In this document: one piece after another, positions 48,009 to 57,450 of the stretch
Position numbering within the stretch: the first letter of the stretch is position 1
Layout: every line of letters begins with the position of its first letter
The notes under the pieces: generated by a model
Database searches by the model: none
What the model was told of the DNA's origin: nothing
The model's input: the letters and a program-made list of their open reading frames with translations, nothing else
DNA from: an uncultured Flavobacterium sp.
Lineage (GTDB): Bacteria > Bacteroidota > Bacteroidia > Flavobacteriales > Flavobacteriaceae
Reading direction: 5' to 3'
DNA length: 64,000 bases
Assembly (NCBI GenBank): GCA_963511725.1
Contig: CAUPKA010000006.1
Span: forward strand, 7,265 to 71,264
Made by a program: the position numbers and the translations under genes

Positions 48009-49670
48009 ATGACTGAAAAAGAATTACATGATTATTTAAAGACAAACTATCCAATCGAAAATGAAAAATGCGAATGGAAAGAATTTAAGTCGTTAAAGAA
48101 TTCTGTTTCAGGAGATGCTGGTAGTGATATAGTCTCCTATATTTCTGCTATATCCAATATGAAAGGCGGAAATTTGATAATTGGAATTCAAGACAAAACG
48201 TTGAATGTTGTTGGAATTCAGGATTTTGCCGGCTACATAATTGAAAATATTAGATTTAGAGTTATTGGAAATTGCACCAATCTTAATGTTGAAACATTTA
48301 GTGTTCAAGAGTTCATTACGTCAGATACTAATAAAACGGTTTGGGTATTCCATATCCCAAAACATCAATTTAGGCTACCTGTTTATGCTCACAAAAAAAC
48401 TTGGCAACGCATAGATGATAATTTGGTTGAAATGACCAAAGCAAGGTTAGATGCTATTTTGTCTCAATTTCAAGTTAATGAGGACTGGTCTAAAGTAATT
48501 CTATCAGAAGCTACCATTGAAGATTTAGATCAAGAGGCAATAAAGAAAGCACGTATAGAATTTAAAAAAAGAAATCCTAAATATTCAGACGATGTCGATA
48601 ATTGGAATGATGTAGATTTCCTAAACAAAGCAAAACTTACAATTAAAGGAAAGATAACTAGAACTGCTTTAATTCTATTAGGAAAAGATGAATCGGAACA
48701 TTATTTAGGTTCTACTGTTAAAATTAGATGGAATCTAAAAACTATTGAAAATCAAGACAAAGATTTTGAGATTTTTTCTATTCCATTTATATTATCTGTT
48801 GATGAAGTCTTTAAGAAAATCAGAAATCTTAAATATCGATATTTACGCGATGGGACTTTGTTTCCAGATGAGGTATTACGATATGAACCATTTAATATAA
48901 GAGAGTCTTTAAATAATGCAATTGCGCATCAAGATTATTCAAAAGGTGCTCGAATTAATGTTGTCGAATTTGAAGATGACCATTTGGTTTTTTCCAATTA
49001 TGGTTCTTTTTTACCTAAATCCGTTGAAGATGTAGTATTAAAAGATACGCCAGAAGAAGTATATAGAAATCCATTTTTAGTAGAAGCAATGAAGAACTTG
49101 GATATGATTGAAACTCAAGGAGGAGGAATTCGAAAAATATTTAATTTCCAAAAACAACGCTTTTTTCCACTTCCAGATTATAATTTTGATGATAATAAAG
49201 TGAAAGTTACTATAACGGGAAAAATTTTAGATGAAAACTTTGCTAAAATTATTATCAAAAATTCAAATCTAGGATTAGACGAAATTATTTTGTTAGACAA
49301 AGTTCAAAAACAAAAAGAAATTACCGAAACCGAATTCAAACATCTAAAAAAAATGAATTGTATTGAAGGAAGGAGACCAACTATTTATTTATCATACAAT
49401 ATCATTGAATCAACGAATGATGAAAGTTTAAAAGTGGAGTATTTAGCTAATCGTAGTTTTGATGATTCGCATTTTAAAGACATGATATTAGAGTATCTTA
49501 GAAAATTTGGAAAGACAAAACGAAAAGCAATTGATAATTTGATTATTCCAAAACTTTCCGCTGTACTTTCAAATGATAAAAAGAAAAAAAAGGTTTCAAA
49601 TTTTCTTTTAGCTTTGAGTAAAGATGAAAAAATTAAATGTTTACCTGGTTATTATTGGGAAATAAATTAG
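48009..49670 (+). CDS. AlbA_2 (Schlafen-like) domain plus HATPase_c_4 and wHTH protein
   Basis: ExxxxExK (ENEKCEWK), AISNMKGG.L.IG, RE...NAIAHQDY, YRNP.L..AM, ETQGGG. Confidence 0.82.
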   Translation: MTEKELHDYLKTNYPIENEKCEWKEFKSLKNSVSGDAGSDIVSYISAISNMKGGNLIIGIQDKTLNVVGIQDFAGYIIENIRFRVIGNCTNLNVETFSVQEFITSDTNKTVWVFHIPKHQFRLPVYAHKKTWQRIDDNLVEMTKARLDAILSQFQVNEDWSKVILSEATIEDLDQEAIKKARIEFKKRNPKYSDDVDNWNDVDFLNKAKLTIKGKITRTALILLGKDESEHYLGSTVKIRWNLKTIENQDKDFEIFSIPFILSVDEVFKKIRNLKYRYLRDGTLFPDEVLRYEPFNIRESLNNAIAHQDYSKGARINVVEFEDDHLVFSNYGSFLPKSVEDVVLKDTPEEVYRNPFLVEAMKNLDMIETQGGGIRKIFNFQKQRFFPLPDYNFDDNKVKVTITGKILDENFAKIIIKNSNLGLDEIILLDKVQKQKEITETEFKHLKKMNCIEGRRPTIYLSYNIIESTNDESLKVEYLANRSFDDSHFKDMILEYLRKFGKTKRKAIDNLIIPKLSAVLSNDKKKKKVSNFLLALSKDEKIKCLPGYYWEIN

Positions 49671-49730
49671 TTACTTTTTAGTTACTTTTTAGTCGCTTTT
49701 AGACACTTTTAGAAATTTTTAGACACTTAC
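49668..49730 (+). repeat. Degenerate 10-11-bp tandem repeat
   Basis: tagttacttt-t-tagttacttt-t-tagtcgcttt-tagacacttt-tagaaatttt-tagacactt. Confidence 0.65.
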
Positions 49731-49742
49731 GCTTTTTTAATA

Positions 49743-50651
49743 ATGAAAAACAAATTCTACCAATACATACAAAACCTCCAAGACACAATTGTCTCAGGAT
49801 TAGAAGCAGTTGATGGTCAAGCTAAATTCCGTGAGGATATTTGGAATCGCCCGGAAGGCGGAGGTGGAAGAACCCGCCTGATCGAAAACGGAGCTGTTTT
49901 CGAAAAAGGCGGTGTCAATATTTCGGCAGTACACGGGAAACTGCCAGACAGCATGCAAAAACTGTTCAATGTAGGCGAAGCCGATTTTTTTGCCTGCGGT
50001 TTGAGTTTGGTTTTACATCCCAAAAATCCAATGGTGCCGACTGTTCACGCTAATTGGCGCTATTTTGAAATGTACGATGACAACGGAAACGTGATTCAGC
50101 AATGGTTTGGTGGCGGACAGGATTTAACGCCTTATTATTTGTTTGAAGAAGATGCTATTCACTTTCATCAAACCTGTAAAACCGCTTGTGACAAACACAA
50201 TCCTGAATTTTACCCAAAATTCAAAAAACAATGCGATGGCTATTTTTGGAACGCACATCGTAATGAAGCCCGTGGAATTGGGGGTTTGTTCTTTGATTAT
50301 TGCAAAGCAACTGAGGATATGTCAATGGAAAATTGGTTTAACTTTGTTACCGAAGTTGGAAATAGTTTCCTAGAAGCTTATGTTCCTATAGTCGAAAAAA
50401 GAAAAAATTTAGAATATACCCCAGAACAAAAAACGTGGCAGGAAATCCGTCGAGGACGTTATGTCGAATTCAATTTGGTGCACGACAAAGGCACTTTATT
50501 TGGATTAAAAACAAACGGAAGAATCGAGAGTATCCTGATGAGCTTACCGCCAAACGTGCAATGGGTTTACGATCATCATCCAGAAGCAGGAAGCGAAGAA
50601 GAAAAATTAATAGAAGTATTAGAAAATCCAAAAAATTGGATTGCAGATTGA
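49743..50651 (+). CDS. hemF: Oxygen-dependent coproporphyrinogen III oxidase
   Basis: FEKGGVN, HP.NP..PT.H.N.R, GGG.DLTP, RRGRYVEFNL. Confidence 0.97.
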   Translation: MKNKFYQYIQNLQDTIVSGLEAVDGQAKFREDIWNRPEGGGGRTRLIENGAVFEKGGVNISAVHGKLPDSMQKLFNVGEADFFACGLSLVLHPKNPMVPTVHANWRYFEMYDDNGNVIQQWFGGGQDLTPYYLFEEDAIHFHQTCKTACDKHNPEFYPKFKKQCDGYFWNAHRNEARGIGGLFFDYCKATEDMSMENWFNFVTEVGNSFLEAYVPIVEKRKNLEYTPEQKTWQEIRRGRYVEFNLVHDKGTLFGLKTNGRIESILMSLPPNVQWVYDHHPEAGSEEEKLIEVLENPKNWIAD

Positions 50652-50652
50652 T

Positions 50653-50740
50653 GATTAACGATTTTTGATTTCAGATTTTCTGTCATCACTAATTTGTTTT
50701 AAATCATAAATCAGCAATCGCTAATCTAAAATCACAAATC
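50653..50740. repeat. 27-bp dispersed heptamer-periodic repeat, copy 2, with a degenerate inverted partner
   Basis: Identical to 26041-26067; partner arm at 50701-50740. Confidence 0.75.
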
Positions 50741-50743
50741 ATT

Positions 50744-51742
50744 ATGTTCCCATTACACAGAGGCCGAAGATTACGAGTAAACGAATCCATTCGTTCATTA
50801 GTGCGCGAAACAACATTAAGTCCGTCCGATTTTATGTTTCCAATGTTTATTGCTGAAGGAGAAAATGTAAATGTTGCAATCCCTTCGATGCCAGGAATTT
50901 TTCGTCGTTCGATTGATTTGACGGTTGAAGAAGTCAAAGAATTGTTTGCTTTAGGAATTCGCGCAGTCAATATTTACGTGAAAGTGAGCGAAAACTTAAA
51001 AGATAATACAGGGAAAGAAGCTTGGAACAAAGACGGATTGATGCAGCAAGCCATCCGAGCAATCAAAACTGCCTGTCCTGAGATGATTGTGATGCCGGAT
51101 GTGGCTTTAGATCCGTATTCTATTTATGGTCACGACGGAATTATTGCCAATGGCGATGTAGAAAATGATGCCACAAATGCCGCTTTAGTAAAAATGGCGG
51201 TTTCCCACGCCGAAGCTGGAGCAGATTTTGTTGCCCCATCCGATATGATGGATGGTCGTGTTTTGCGTCTGCGCGAAGGATTGGACGCTGCAGGTTTCCA
51301 CAATGTGGGAATTATGAGCTATTCGGCCAAGTACGCATCGGCGTTTTACGGGCCTTTCCGTGATGCATTGGACAGTGCGCCCAGAGAAGCCGATGTTGTG
51401 GTGCCAAAAGACAAAAAAACATATCAAATGGACTATGCCAACCGCATCGAAGCGATTAAAGAAGCTGTTTGGGATGTCGAAGAAGGTGCCGATATGGTAA
51501 TGGTAAAACCAGGAATTGCGTATTTGGACATCGTTCGCGAAGTAAAAAACGCCGTGAATGTTCCGGTCACTGTTTTCCATGTGTCGGGGGAATATGCCAT
51601 GATCAAAGCTGCCGCCGAAAGAGGCTGGCTTGACAACGACAAAATTATGATGGAACAATTAATGTGCATCAAAAGAGCGGGAGCGAGTTTGATTTCGACT
51701 TATTTTGCCAAAGAAGCGGCTATAATCTTGAACCAAAAATAA
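50744..51742 (+). CDS. hemB: Porphobilinogen synthase
   Basis: DVALDPY, APSDMMDG, YGPFRDA, MVKP, SGEYAM. Confidence 0.97.
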   Translation: MFPLHRGRRLRVNESIRSLVRETTLSPSDFMFPMFIAEGENVNVAIPSMPGIFRRSIDLTVEEVKELFALGIRAVNIYVKVSENLKDNTGKEAWNKDGLMQQAIRAIKTACPEMIVMPDVALDPYSIYGHDGIIANGDVENDATNAALVKMAVSHAEAGADFVAPSDMMDGRVLRLREGLDAAGFHNVGIMSYSAKYASAFYGPFRDALDSAPREADVVVPKDKKTYQMDYANRIEAIKEAVWDVEEGADMVMVKPGIAYLDIVREVKNAVNVPVTVFHVSGEYAMIKAAAERGWLDNDKIMMEQLMCIKRAGASLISTYFAKEAAIILNQK

Positions 51743-51747
51743 GGAAT

Positions 51748-52131
51748 ATGAAAAAGTTAGTACTAATAGCAATAGCAGTTCTTGCGTTTTCCTGCAAGAA
51801 AGAAAGCGAGGAATCTTTTGGGAAACCTACAGAAAAAACTGTCGAAGTTCAAACACCAGAAGCTTTAGGGAAGGAAATTTTTGAAGGAAAAGGAAATTGC
51901 ATTGCCTGCCATCAAGTGGATCAAAAAGTGATTGGACCAAGCATTCAGGAAATTGCAAAAATCTATAAAGACAAAAACGGAAATATGGTTGATTTCCTTA
52001 AAGGCGAAAGCGAAGCAATCGTTGATCCAAGCCAGTTTGCTGTGATGCAAGCCAATTTAGAAATCACGAAAACCTTTACAGACGAAGAATTAAAAGCAGT
52101 AGAAGCTTATATTAATTCAAATCTGAAATAA
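51748..52131 (+). CDS. c-type cytochrome lipoprotein
   Basis: Lipobox AFSC; CIACH heme-binding motif; IGPS. Confidence 0.88.
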   Translation: MKKLVLIAIAVLAFSCKKESEESFGKPTEKTVEVQTPEALGKEIFEGKGNCIACHQVDQKVIGPSIQEIAKIYKDKNGNMVDFLKGESEAIVDPSQFAVMQANLEITKTFTDEELKAVEAYINSNLK

Positions 52132-52136
52132 TAATT

Positions 52137-52267
52137 TTTAGGAGCTAATCCCGCTATCCGTTGCAAACGAAGTTCACTGAACTCCGCTTAAAATGAAAGT
52201 TAAGTGAAGTAATCTTTTTATTTTTAAAGGAAAAATAAAAAGGATTTTCACTTCTATCGGGGCTAGG
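52137..52267 (+). ncRNA. Flavo-1-like structured repeat element (d)
   Basis: tttaggagctaatcccgctatccgttgc...ggattttcacttctatcggggctagg. Confidence 0.5.
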
Positions 52268-52282
52268 AAATTCAGGATAAAT

Positions 52283-52312
52283 AAACCATCTCGGTTAAGA
52301 GATGGTTTTTTG
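52283..52312. terminator. Bidirectional terminator
   Basis: aaaccatctc / gagatggttt hairpin with T-tract. Confidence 0.75.
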
Positions 52313-52323
52313 TTTTTAACAAA

Positions 52324-53031
52324 TTATTTAATCCCCCCAAAAGCACCAAAACAAGCATTTTTATGTAAAATTTCGGTACTCGAAAAACCTACTTTTTTCA
52401 TTAAATCCAATTGATAAGTCATCGATCTCGGCGTGTCTTCTTTTTCGATATAATCAAACACTTTTTGCTGATATTCTTCGCCTCCGTGCTGTCTCAAATA
52501 ATCGCCATATCTTTCCCAAATCAACTGGTTTACGCCTTCGTGATCCTGAACCAACAAATCTGAAATCATCAAACAGCCACCAGCCGTTAAACTATCATAT
52601 AATTTCTTAAAAACAAATACCCAATCGGAGTCATCTCTTAAATGATGCAAAACAGCACCAGCCAAGATAATATCAAAATGATTTTTTGGCAATTCTATAT
52701 CACGAATATCACCTTGAATGGTTTCTACTTTCCCATTTGTTACTGCCGAAACACGCTCCGAAGCTTTGTCCAACATATTCTGACTCAAATCAATCAAAGT
52801 CGCATTCAGATTAGGTACTTTGGATAGCATTTTCAGAGTATAATTGCCAGCTCCACAACCAATGTCTAAAATATTTACGGCCTTTGGTTTTATGGCTTTT
52901 GCAGCAGAAGTTAAAAGTTCTAATGAAATTTGAGCATCCATCGTGGCGACTTGGCCTGTTTCTAAATTAGAGAAGCGTTCGACCTCATTGTCAAAACGTT
53001 CCTTGATTTCGGTTACTGTAGATTTTTTCAT
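52324..53031 (-). CDS. Class I SAM-dependent methyltransferase
   Basis: LDIGCGAG; LHHL. Confidence 0.88.
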   Translation of the reverse strand: MKKSTVTEIKERFDNEVERFSNLETGQVATMDAQISLELLTSAAKAIKPKAVNILDIGCGAGNYTLKMLSKVPNLNATLIDLSQNMLDKASERVSAVTNGKVETIQGDIRDIELPKNHFDIILAGAVLHHLRDDSDWVFVFKKLYDSLTAGGCLMISDLLVQDHEGVNQLIWERYGDYLRQHGGEEYQQKVFDYIEKEDTPRSMTYQLDLMKKVGFSSTEILHKNACFGAFGGIK

Positions 53032-53042
53032 AGTTATAAATT

Positions 53043-53666
53043 TTATTTTTTGCGTCCCACAAATCGTATTACTGAACCTTTCCCATTATGGAATAACCCT
53101 TCATTAAGCTCAATTTCCGTTTCTATTAATTCTTCAAAATCATAATCTGGAAAATCTGATTTTATTTCGGCAATAGAAAATAAAGATTCTATGTCTTTCG
53201 GACCTCCAACTTTCTCATCCTTTTGAATATAATCAAGATGTTTTTTGCTGAAAGCTTCAAAAATTACAACTCCTCCTTTTCGCAGATATTTATTTAAAAT
53301 GGTGTGATAATGTGATTTGACAGCAGCAGGAAAATGTGCATAAATAAGTCCGATTGCATCAAATTGATGCTCTTCGTAATTTATTGTTTCTAATTCGCCA
53401 AGTTCGTAATCAATTTTTACTTTATGAGAGGCTGCAAGTTGTAACGCTTTCTTTTTTCCTTCCGAACTTATATCAAACGAAAAAACAGTCCAGCCAAGTC
53501 GGGCTGCATAAACAGCATTGCGTCCTTCTCCTTCTGCAGGAAATAGAATGGTTCCAGTTTTTAGTTTATCTAATTCTTTTTTAAGGTATTTATTAGGTTC
53601 TTCACCATAAGCAAACTCTTTGTTGCTGTATCTTTCGTTCCATCTGTCTTTCCAAGTCTGTTCCAT
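53043..53666 (-). CDS. Class I SAM-dependent methyltransferase (TehB-like)
   Basis: [25 protein letters not shown]. Confidence 0.88.
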   Translation of the reverse strand: MEQTWKDRWNERYSNKEFAYGEEPNKYLKKELDKLKTGTILFPAEGEGRNAVYAARLGWTVFSFDISSEGKKKALQLAASHKVKIDYELGELETINYEEHQFDAIGLIYAHFPAAVKSHYHTILNKYLRKGGVVIFEAFSKKHLDYIQKDEKVGGPKDIESLFSIAEIKSDFPDYDFEELIETEIELNEGLFHNGKGSVIRFVGRKK

Positions 53667-53756
53667 AGCATTTTCTTTTTGTTTTACAAACCTATAATTT
53701 TTATATATGACTTAAAAATACTTAATTTGTCATTAATCAATACTTAAAAGGTATTT

Positions 53757-54632
53757 ATGGAATTGCGTCATATAAAATATTTCCTAAAACTGGCTGAAGA
53801 GTTGAGCTTTGTTCGTGCAGCCGATAAGTTATTCATATCCCAACCGCCACTAAGTCGCCAAATCAAAGAATTGGAAATCGAAATTGGTGCTCAGCTTTTT
53901 GAACGCAATAATAAACGCGTCATTCTTACCGAAGCGGGGAAATTCTATGAAAAAGAAATGCGGGAAGTATTAAAAAATATCGAACGCATCAATATCAAAA
54001 CCCAAAAAATAAGTGAAAATCAAAGTGGCGAATTCCGAATTGCTTATGTGAGTTCCACTTTTTCGGGTGATATTTCGGCCTTGATTCAGTATTTATCAGA
54101 ACAATTCCCATATGTGAATTTTAGATTGTACGAAGTGCCAACAGTCAAACAGATTAAAGCCTTGGAAGAATTTAAAATTGATTTAGGAATTGTGCGAGCC
54201 CCATTATTTTCGCCTAAAATAGAAACACAGCTTTGGTTCAAAGACAATTTTTCCTTGGTATTCAATAAAAATTTGTATCCCATTCAATCCGAACAGGAAA
54301 TAGAAACGCTGAGCGAAACTACTTTTGTGTTTTTCAATAAAGAATATTCACCTCAGTATTATGATAATTTACTAGAAATCTGTGCTCATTTTGGCTTTGC
54401 ACCAAAAGTGGTACATGAATCCAATAACATTTCTTCGATTATTCAATTAGTCAAAAATGGATTGGGTGTTTCCATTGTTCCTACTGCCATTTTAAAAAGC
54501 CATAACTATCCTGAAATAGGGTATATCGAAATAGAATCAGTAAAGCTTTTTACGGATATTTTATTGGCGACGCCAAAAGGACATCAATCAGAAATAGCCA
54601 AGACAGCCATTGAATTTTTGAAAAAGAAATAA
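53757..54632 (+). CDS. LysR family transcriptional regulator
   Basis: MELRHIKYF..LAEEL.F.RAA..L.ISQPPLSRQIK.LE. Confidence 0.95.
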   Translation: MELRHIKYFLKLAEELSFVRAADKLFISQPPLSRQIKELEIEIGAQLFERNNKRVILTEAGKFYEKEMREVLKNIERINIKTQKISENQSGEFRIAYVSSTFSGDISALIQYLSEQFPYVNFRLYEVPTVKQIKALEEFKIDLGIVRAPLFSPKIETQLWFKDNFSLVFNKNLYPIQSEQEIETLSETTFVFFNKEYSPQYYDNLLEICAHFGFAPKVVHESNNISSIIQLVKNGLGVSIVPTAILKSHNYPEIGYIEIESVKLFTDILLATPKGHQSEIAKTAIEFLKKK

Positions 54633-54768
54633 TATGAACAAGGGCTAAAACTATTTTTTTTGTGCCTAATGGACATTTGAAAACTTGATTCACATATAAT
54701 AATCATTTTGTAAACTATAATTTCAGTAATTAATTTTTAAATTAACTTTACAGTTGAAATTAGCAAGT

Positions 54769-55239
54769 ATGGAAACAGCCTATATTAAAACACCTTTAGG
54801 AACCGCCAAAATTATAGGCGATGAAAATGGCGTAACGGAAATTTCAGTATACGATGATGGAATTGTTTCGGCAGAAATTCCAATCGTTTTGCAGGAAGCC
54901 GTTTTACAGCTCAATGACTATTTCGAAGGAAAACGAACCGATTTTGACATCAAACTTAATCCCAAAGGAACCGAATTTCAGCAAAAAGTTTGGGGCGCGT
55001 TATTGGAAGTTCCGTACGGAAAAACCAGAACGTATTTGGAACAATCCAAAATCTTGGGTGATGTAAAAGCAATTCGTGCCGTAGCTTCTGCCAATGGAAA
55101 AAACCCGCTTTGGATTGTCGTTCCCTGCCACAGAATCATTGGAACAGATGGCTCGCTCACAGGCTACGCTGGAGGATTATGGCGAAAAAGATGGCTGCTC
55201 GAACACGAAAACCCAACAACGCAGCAAAGTTTGTTCTAA
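54769..55239 (+). CDS. ogt: Methylated-DNA-protein-cysteine methyltransferase
   Basis: GTEFQQKVW, RAV..AN, PCHR, GYAGG. Confidence 0.95.
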   Translation: METAYIKTPLGTAKIIGDENGVTEISVYDDGIVSAEIPIVLQEAVLQLNDYFEGKRTDFDIKLNPKGTEFQQKVWGALLEVPYGKTRTYLEQSKILGDVKAIRAVASANGKNPLWIVVPCHRIIGTDGSLTGYAGGLWRKRWLLEHENPTTQQSLF

Positions 55240-55244
55240 AAACT

Positions 55245-55361
55245 AACACAGATTGCACAAATTATCACAAATTGTTTTTTGTAATAAATTTTAATTACTT
55301 TTAAATTCCCAATTGCATTTTTGTATATTTAAAATCTGTGCAAATCTGTGTAATCTGTGTT
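55245..55361. repeat. Periodic inverted-repeat hairpin (three units per arm)
   Basis: aacacagattgcacaaattatcacaaatt / aatctgtgcaaatctgtgtaatctgtgtt. Confidence 0.75.
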
Positions 55362-55366
55362 TAAAA

Positions 55367-56080
55367 ATGATTGAAAAAATAAACCTAAACAATATCCTTT
55401 TCCTCGACATAGAAACTGTTCCGGAAACTGAAGATTTCAACACTTTGGATCCCGAAATGCAAGTTTTGTATGAACAAAAAACCCAATATCAACGCAAAGA
55501 TGATTTTACCGCCGAAGAGTTTTATGACCGCGCGGGAATTTGGGCCGAGTTTGGAAAGATTGTCTGTATTTCGGTGGGTTATTTTGTTGTTAAAGGAGAT
55601 ATTCGAAACTTTAGAGTGACTTCTTTTTTTGGCGAAGAGCCAAAACTTCTGAAAGATTTTAATAATCTGCTTAATAATCATTTCAACGGGCCTCAGCATG
55701 TTTTATGCGGGCATAATGCCAAAGAATTTGATATACCGTTTTTGGCACGCCGAATGATTATTAACCAAATTCCCATTCCCGACAAGCTGAATTTATTTGG
55801 AAAAAAACCATGGGAGATTGCTCATTTGGATACTTTAGAATTATGGAAATTTGGCGATTACAAGCATTATACTTCTTTAAAGCTAATGTGCAAAGTGCTC
55901 GGGATTCCTTCACCCAAAGGTGATATCGACGGCAGTCAGGTTGGTCATGTTTTTTATGTAGAAAAGGACATTGACCGAATAGTCACTTATTGCGAAAAAG
56001 ACACAATTGCTGTAGCGCAGATCTTTCTGAGACTAAGACGAGAGGATTTATTAATTGAAGAAGAGATTATTCATGTGTAA
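55367..56080 (+). CDS. PolB-like 3'-5' exonuclease family protein
   Basis: DIET (ExoI), HN.KEFD (ExoII), YCEKD (ExoIII). Confidence 0.88.
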   Translation: MIEKINLNNILFLDIETVPETEDFNTLDPEMQVLYEQKTQYQRKDDFTAEEFYDRAGIWAEFGKIVCISVGYFVVKGDIRNFRVTSFFGEEPKLLKDFNNLLNNHFNGPQHVLCGHNAKEFDIPFLARRMIINQIPIPDKLNLFGKKPWEIAHLDTLELWKFGDYKHYTSLKLMCKVLGIPSPKGDIDGSQVGHVFYVEKDIDRIVTYCEKDTIAVAQIFLRLRREDLLIEEEIIHV

Positions 56081-56083
56081 TTT

Positions 56084-57166
56084 ATGTTTGAAATGAGACA
56101 TGAGGAAATTGCAAATTATCGGCTTGCTTCACAAAAACTTTTAAAAGAAAGCCAGAAAACACCGCAAGAAATAGTACAGCATTTAGGCGCAATACAGGCA
56201 CAAGATTACGCCATGGCAAAATGGGCAATTGGTTCGAGATGCAATGCTACTGAAAAAAATATTGAAGAAGCCATTAACTCAGGTAAAATTATCAGAACGC
56301 ATATTTTAAGGCCAACTTGGCATTTTGTAGCTGCCGATGATATTCATTGGATGTTAGCTGTATCTGCGCCGCAGGTAAAAAAAATCACAAATGCAGCTGC
56401 GAAAAAATATGGTTTTGATACCAAAAAACTAGATCAAATTAATGCTTTGATTGAAAAAATTTTAGCTGGCAATAATCATCTGACGCGAGATGAAATCATG
56501 AGGGAATTGGATATCAAAAAAAGTTTTGGTCAAGATTTTTCGAGTGCTATAATCATGATGAATGCTGAGCTTGATGGTTTGGTTTGCAATGGCGAGAGGA
56601 AAGGTAAGCAAGTTACCTATGCTCTGCTTGAGGAACGTGTTAGAAAACCCAAAACGACTTTTAGTAAAGAAGAAGCATTGGCTAAATTAGCCAAACGGTA
56701 TTTCGAAAGCCACGGCCCAGCTACTTTTCTCGATTTTTCATGGTGGTCAGGTTTTCCGCCAACCATGGCTAAATTGGTTATTAATTCGATAGAATCTGAA
56801 CTGAACTCGGTCTCAATTAATAATCAGAAGTACTGGTTTGGAACCGATTTTTCTGAGGTGGATAACTTTTGCGAAAGCGTACATTTTCTTCCAGCTTTTG
56901 ATGAGATTTTAATTTCGTATAAAACCCGAGATGCATCCATTTTATTAGAACATCAGCCTAAAGCATTTACTAAAAATGGAATCTTTAAACCCATTATCCT
57001 AGAAAATGGAAAAGTCATAGGGATTTGGAAACGAACTTTTAAAAAAGATCACGCAAAAATAGAAACGCAGTTTTTTTCTGCTTTGGATGAAACTAAAAAA
57101 GCGACTCTTTTTGAAGCGATTAAACCTTTTGAAAATTATTTGGAAACTAAAATTATCATTGAATAG
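56084..57166 (+). CDS. AlkZ-like (HTH_42) DNA glycosylase
   Basis: GAIQAQD, RTHILRPTWH, HGPAT..DF.WW.G, LPAFDE. Confidence 0.85.
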   Translation: MFEMRHEEIANYRLASQKLLKESQKTPQEIVQHLGAIQAQDYAMAKWAIGSRCNATEKNIEEAINSGKIIRTHILRPTWHFVAADDIHWMLAVSAPQVKKITNAAAKKYGFDTKKLDQINALIEKILAGNNHLTRDEIMRELDIKKSFGQDFSSAIIMMNAELDGLVCNGERKGKQVTYALLEERVRKPKTTFSKEEALAKLAKRYFESHGPATFLDFSWWSGFPPTMAKLVINSIESELNSVSINNQKYWFGTDFSEVDNFCESVHFLPAFDEILISYKTRDASILLEHQPKAFTKNGIFKPIILENGKVIGIWKRTFKKDHAKIETQFFSALDETKKATLFEAIKPFENYLETKIIIE

Positions 57167-57450
57167 GCGCTTAGTTTTTTTAAAAATAGTGTAAAATTTT
57201 CTCGAAGCCTTTTGATTATAAATTACTGATATTGATGTATTTACTGTTGTTTTTGCGTAAAAAATATTTTTGACTGAATAGTCAGTCTATTAAATAATGT
57301 CACAATTGCTCTAGTTCAAACATTTATTCTTAAGGATGAAAAAAGTTTTTGGTAGAGGCGGATAAAGATTATTCGCTTTTGAATTTTTTCGTTATTAGGA
57401 TTGATATTGCATTTGCGATTGATTTATTACATTTACAAAAAATATAAATT

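Noticed and set aside
39937-51742. Heme gene cluster as a novel system
   Set aside because: Standard protoporphyrin-dependent pathway genes; only the insertions and the operator are noteworthy
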